A stretch of DNA of 64,000 nt from Epithemia pelagica. Its lineage: Eukaryota > Protista > Bacillariophyta. This document shows positions 59,208-64,000 of the stretch, one piece after another. Under the pieces are notes generated by a model, which was not told the origin of the DNA, ran no database searches, and saw only the letters and a program-made list of their open reading frames with translations. Position 1 is the stretch's first letter. Each line of letters opens with the position of its first letter. Made by a program: the position numbers and the translations under genes. Location of the stretch: positions 1,240,001 to 1,304,000 of the forward strand of contig OX337231.1 in NCBI GenBank assembly GCA_946965045.2, written 5' to 3'.

Positions 59208-59361
59208 TTACATGATCGAATTCATTGTCCTCACACCCCTCTTTTATTGTCCGAATAGACACCCCTCTTAATTGAGAAAAAATAGTCCTGATGGACCGGC
59301 CTCTGCTGAAACAAGTCGTGGGCGACCTAGTCGAAATGCTTCCGATCTAGCTCGTGGGGAC

Positions 59362-59535
59362 TGAATAAATCCCGCCAACAGGTCGCATATTGGCGGATAC
59401 ATGGTCGCATATTGGCGAATATGCATCGCCTACATATGCTGCTACGCATCTAGTTTTCTAGTCATAATTTTGGTCTAGCCACTTGTTGCACGCCGTATAC
59501 ACCGTGTTGTAGCGTGTAGTGGCAGGATTTATACA
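59362..59535 (+). repeat. 3' LTR (174 bp), preceded by a short purine tract GTGGGGAC
   Basis: Identical to the 5' LTR. Confidence 0.97.
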
Positions 59536-60296
59536 CGAACACGACATGATCATTCCCTTAATTATATTTCAATATGACTTACAATATGAGCTAGTATGGA
59601 CATCTTAATACTCTCGATCGAGTTGAATTTCGAAATGAGAAGATTTAAACTTGAATTTTAATATCTGGTATTCTTGGTTACCCACTCAGAGCGATCGATA
59701 TTGAAAACTAAATCTCCAATATGAATAATGAAATGAAACAGCTTTATCGTATTGAAATTTCCTCATTATTTCGCTCACGTAGCATTCTGTCGTAGTTGTT
59801 CCGGATTCCGGATGCCAAATGCCAACGAATCTCTCGGAACTAGCTCTGCGCGACCAACTCAGCCAATGAGAGCGACGGGACTGCTACAGTGTCTGATTTA
59901 ATGATTTCACCGACAAGAATACTCCACAACATGGAAGGATAATGTGACGGATTCACAGGGTCAGCACCGTAGAATGAATCATGAATCAATGATACAAGAT
60001 GGTTGCACGAGTTCTCAACTCAGCGAACTACCTAGTCACGTTGTAGACTCCAATTGATCCAATCGTGGTTCCATCACTGGGAAACAAGTTAGACAAGTTA
60101 GACGCGGTGAAACACCCTATTCGAAGGATTTTAGTTGCGACTTCGGTACTATCTAGCTCCTTATGTCTCGTTTCCCTCTTGTCCTTTGAAAAGTGTGGAG
60201 CTACAGCGAAACGAAGAATCTCGCTTGCAGTCAACCATTCTCATCCAATGTGCCAAAACTTGCACAAGGTATGTGTATTGCTGGGTGGAGGGGGAC

Positions 60297-61241
60297 TCAT
60301 GACAGGGAGTCATAACGATCCGGAATCAGAGACTTTCGATTGGACAGGACTAGTGGCCAAGTCATACAAGTTTGCGCTTGGTCCCAGAACATGTGCTCCA
60401 ACTTGCAACACAGAATGAAATTATCCTGCATACGCTTCAATGTTTCCTCGTCCGCTGTTTTACAATACGAATCGACAATGGCAATGTAATCTTTGACCTA
60501 ACAGCAACAGTACGGTTGGTCACATGCAGAATATAGAAGGACAGTCGAACACCGTGATCGGCCACGTCAACATGACAGAGATCTGTTTCACGTACCTCTT
60601 TTTCAAAATCGTCTCCTCCATACATGTCAATCCATGCATCAAATTGAGGAGGTCGCGAAACACTGGACAAGAAGAAATGGAATAGTCGTCAGAATAGTGA
60701 TCAGCACAGCTCATTGTCTCTGTCAACCAACATAACTTGTTTTCTCAGTCAACCAGCATTTAGTGCACTCTCAGTTTACTCACGTATCTCCCAGCTGCTC
60801 TCTCAGTTGTAACATGCATTTACCAACGTGCATATAGACCCAAAAACAGGGAAGCAAGGCGGCCAATCCTTCGGCATGAGGTCGGGTTGCGACCGTTCGA
60901 TACATGAAGGAAGTATAGAGCATTGTATTCGGCATTTGTTCCACGCCCTCAGCGCTGATATCCCATTGCTTGAAAAAGGACCCATGCAATTGCAATTCCG
61001 CATCTTTGGCACCTTGGGCAAATTCATGGAGACGTTTGGATTCGTCGGCGGGGATATCTGGATGATCTCCTAGACGGCATAGACAATCGTAGAAATCATT
61101 CAGATACAATGCATCCTGAACCACGTAGTAGCGAAAGCTTTCCATGTTCAAACTACCGTCGACCATGGCAACCAAAAATGGGTGTTTCTCGGTGATATCA
61201 ATAATGCCTTTGGCAGCATCCCAGAATCCTTGAGCCGACAT
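60297..61241 (-). CDS. tenA: TenA/THI-4 family thiamine-salvage protein
   Basis: HPFL...FRYYVVQDALYL, LLPCFWVY, AWIDMY and LEHMFWD; exons 61241-60784, 60662-60596, 60497-60297 (GT-AG, frame kept). Confidence 0.9.
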
Positions 61242-61638
61242 GTTCACGGCTGGGTGTGATTTATCTCTCAGCAAGTTGGGTCGATCCGACAATTTGTCTC
61301 CAAGACGATTTGGGACGATGTGGAGATGGATTGCCAACGGGAGAGAATACAAATTGCAAAATCAAAGATGACGCGGATCGAACCGGCGAGTCACGCGAGA
61401 CTGAATGCCTCACTATCTATGTTCTCTACCTCTCTTGGGGCTCTAATGTGTTGCTATGTTTCATGATCGTGGCCTTGACCATGGTCCTACAAGATGGCAG
61501 AGGAACAATGAGTAATCTCCCGAAACAACTAATGGATTTGGGCTAGTTACAATCATTATATTATTCTTCCATGAGAATTTTGCAAGCTTTTAGACTAATG
61601 TTCACAGTGTGCCACCAAAAACGATTTCAAAACGAAAC

Positions 61639-62688
61639 CTAAAGGCCCATGAGAAAGGCCCCAAATGCCGCGCCAAGCAATGTGCTTGTCCAGGTCCATA
61701 CGCCAGGAACGATGCTGTCAGCAGACCTGCTGGATTTGATCATGTCGTCGTCATCGTCCCGCGACGGTGTGTCATCATCGGTGATCGCTTTGGGCTCTCG
61801 TTGATAGACCCGAACATAGTCAATCTGCATGGAGGCTTCTCGAAAGCTCTTTGGTATCTGACCACCAGCACCTCCCATGGCAAAATTCAATATTAGGTAT
61901 TGCGGTTTGTCAAAGGGCCAGGTCTTATTGTTTCGAACGTCGGGATGATAGACATCAAAGACTCGATCGTCTACAAGGAAGACAACTCTTGTTTCTTCCC
62001 ACAAAATAGAGTACTTGTGAAAGTCCGTGTTGTATCCATTGACTGTTGTATTTTTGGTATTGATTGTATTTCCGTAACTTGACAGTGTATGAATCGACCC
62101 GTGGATTAGACCGTCATCTCGGCCAAAGTGCTCCATGATATCAATTTCACCACAAGCGGGCCACCGCACTGTTTGACTTTGAATATTTGTTTCGGGGTAC
62201 CAAAATCCACCGACTTCGTCCACGTTTTGACCAAGCATCCAGATTGCTGGCCAGGTGCCCGAACCACCATTGAATTTAGCCCTTACATCCACACGGCCGT
62301 AGGTAAAAGAAAATTTGGAGTTGAGTCGGGCTGATGTATAATGGAGCCGTAGTGCCTGATCCAGATACATTTCTTTTTTCGCCACAATGTTCAATACACC
62401 ATCTTGAACGAACGAATTTTCGATTCGATTGGTGTAATGCTGTTCTTCGTTATTGTACCACCCAATTGGTGTCGGAATCTGAGTTTGATGAAACCAATTT
62501 TCCTCGCAAACAGGTCCGTCCACTTCGAATTCATCCTCCCATACCAAAACATAGCCTGCTCCAGGAACCAATCCAGTACGGCCTGACGAGCATGTCCTTC
62601 CAGTGACAGACTGGGGCTCTGGTTGCAGGGCAACAACCAGGTCCACCGTCACGATCAATATTGACGAAAGCAACCTTCTTGGGCGCAT
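61639..62688 (-). CDS. Glycoside hydrolase family 16 (beta-1,3-glucanase-like), secreted with a hydrophobic C-terminal anchor
   Basis: WPAIWMLG, GEIDIMEH (ExDxxE catalytic motif) and FHKYSILW; signal peptide and C-terminal hydrophobic tail. Confidence 0.92.
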   Translation of the reverse strand: MRPRRLLSSILIVTVDLVVALQPEPQSVTGRTCSSGRTGLVPGAGYVLVWEDEFEVDGPVCEENWFHQTQIPTPIGWYNNEEQHYTNRIENSFVQDGVLNIVAKKEMYLDQALRLHYTSARLNSKFSFTYGRVDVRAKFNGGSGTWPAIWMLGQNVDEVGGFWYPETNIQSQTVRWPACGEIDIMEHFGRDDGLIHGSIHTLSSYGNTINTKNTTVNGYNTDFHKYSILWEETRVVFLVDDRVFDVYHPDVRNNKTWPFDKPQYLILNFAMGGAGGQIPKSFREASMQIDYVRVYQREPKAITDDDTPSRDDDDDMIKSSRSADSIVPGVWTWTSTLLGAAFGAFLMGL

Positions 62689-63774
62689 ATCTTATTTTAT
62701 TCTTAGATCCTTGTCCCCTCTCGATCTTTTTCGTTCTTGACTCCTCTCTCGATCTTTTTCGTTCTCCACTCCCCTCTCGCAGGTTTGTCTTGTTGGATCT
62801 TCCTTCTGGTCTATTTTTGGTGTGGTCGTCTAGAGAGGGTTGCCGATTTTGTTGCTTTGGGGGAGTTGTTGTGAGACTGGATGTTGGATCGTGTAACTCC
62901 ACAATGTCCAACGGTTACAACTTACAATACAACGACGACCTACAACGACATTCGCTGAGTCATTATCACCAGTGTACAAGCCAGCGTCTGGATTTCTGGT
63001 TGGGTGTGATGTACGACCGATATCAAAGTACACGTGTACAACCCAAAAATGTCGATTCGTCATAAGTAGTGTATGCCAAATTCGGTAGAGATTTTTAAGC
63101 TCACGACCATAACCAGATAAAAACGGGACCAACGACAATATGTGGTCAGTGGTCAGTGTTATTTACACGAGAACGAGTAACCTTGTGTCATTGGGTGCAA
63201 TACTGGCGCGAAGATCGGGCAAGGCGCGACACGCCTGGCGGCATTGCCGTTGCCACAAAATAGTGAACGAGATCAGCAGAGCGAAAAAGCCACAATAGTC
63301 TTGTCGAATTGCATCACGAATGCGATAATGAATCATACGTTACCAACATGGAGACGTTCAGAGATGCATCCATCGACCACTAGTAGTATTAAGAAACGAA
63401 ACAACCAATGAATGGCGTTTACGAGGACGATGGCCGGGACGAATTACGAATCCATGCAAGACCAGGCATGGCAACCTCATACTTTGCCGGACCTGGAAAC
63501 ACAAGCAGCCCTTGCCTGTCACAGAGGCTCCCACTAACTCAACCAGAAAAGCTCATGCGGATGTTTTCTCTTGCCAATGGGAACGCGCTTCTATTCCAAC
63601 GAATCTCTCGCGGATATGTGGAAATGACAAATCCTTCGGTGTCAATAAGGGATTAAGATATTAAGTATAATGTAAATCCTGTTTTCGTCCGATCTAATCA
63701 TGATAACGGACGGTACCCAACAAGGAAAGGCTTCCTTGTGAGTTCATGCATCGGCTCATCTCTGTCGATTGCAG

Positions 63775-64000
63775 TTACTCGTCATCGTCGTCGTCTGCTG
63801 CTGCCGGATCGTGGGGTGGCTGTACCCGTCCTGGACCATTGTTGTCATTATTGTGTGGGTTCGCCGGTCCTTCTTCTTCGGCGGCGGCAGGTCTCTCCTC
63901 TGCTGCGGCGGGATGATGATCATCGCCTTGAGGTCTCCACATGGGGAAAATGCTCAAGAAAAAGGATCCCAACAAATAAATGACATCGGCCACGACATTC
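63775..64000 (-). CDS. C-terminal fragment of a gene continuing beyond the window
   Basis: Hydrophobic LLGSFFLSIFPMW followed by an acidic tail ending in a stop at 63775. Confidence 0.5.
   Translation of the reverse strand, partial: NVVADVIYLLGSFFLSIFPMWRPQGDDHHPAAAEERPAAAEEEGPANPHNNDNNGPGRVQPPHDPAAADDDDDE

Larger units (their letters stand above)
52432..59535 (+). mobile_element. Full-length Ty1/Copia (CoDi-like) LTR retrotransposon
   Basis: Identical 174-bp TG...CA LTRs; gag plus pol in PR-IN-RT-RH order; CGAA on both flanks. Confidence 0.97.

Noticed and set aside
59540-59800. AT-rich tract right of the 3' LTR as a possible TE remnant
   Set aside because: No terminal repeats, TSD or coding remnants found.
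60297-61500. TPP riboswitch associated with tenA
   Set aside because: CTGAGA occurs in intron 1, but the downstream ATACC...CTGAT...AATGCC core and pairing were not found in introns or flanks.
1-64000. CRISPR arrays, rRNA genes or prokaryotic operons
   Set aside because: No regularly spaced repeat-spacer array or rRNA-like sequence; genes are intron-containing and eukaryotic.

Overview
Eukaryotic nuclear DNA, most likely a pennate diatom (inferred from short GT-AG introns, a CoDi-type Copia element, a DNMT5-SNF2 methyltransferase and a plastid-targeted thioredoxin). It is a scaffold with one 200-N gap (27379-27578). About 20 host genes are supported: DNMT5, a membrane protein, GAF-ankyrin protein, two beta-propeller proteins, a Zn-finger protein, double-length TyrRS, HECT ligase, an acidic DGWDD-motif protein, APH/MTR-kinase-like protein, cathepsin X, RCC1 protein, 2OG-Fe(II) oxygenase, trypsin-like protein, Gfo/Idh/MocA oxidoreductase, thioredoxin, TenA and GH16. 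Three mobile elements are present. (1) A 3'-truncated DIRS/Ngaro-like retrotransposon sits between two copies of a ~5.5-kb duplicated segment (11266-16772 and 21334-27188). (2) A 338-bp TA-flanked MITE is present in only one of those copies. (3) A complete Copia element with identical LTRs (52432-59535) is the most unusual object. Its leader carries a tRNA-sized A-box/B-box unit running ~285 nt to a T8 terminator-like tract, its PBS is non-canonical, its TSD appears to be 4 bp, and its gag and pol are in one frame separated by a single UGA followed by a long predicted stem-loop. A 5-nt micro-exon completes the SNF2 Walker A motif of DNMT5. All domain calls are motif recognition by eye; no database searches or folding programs were run.
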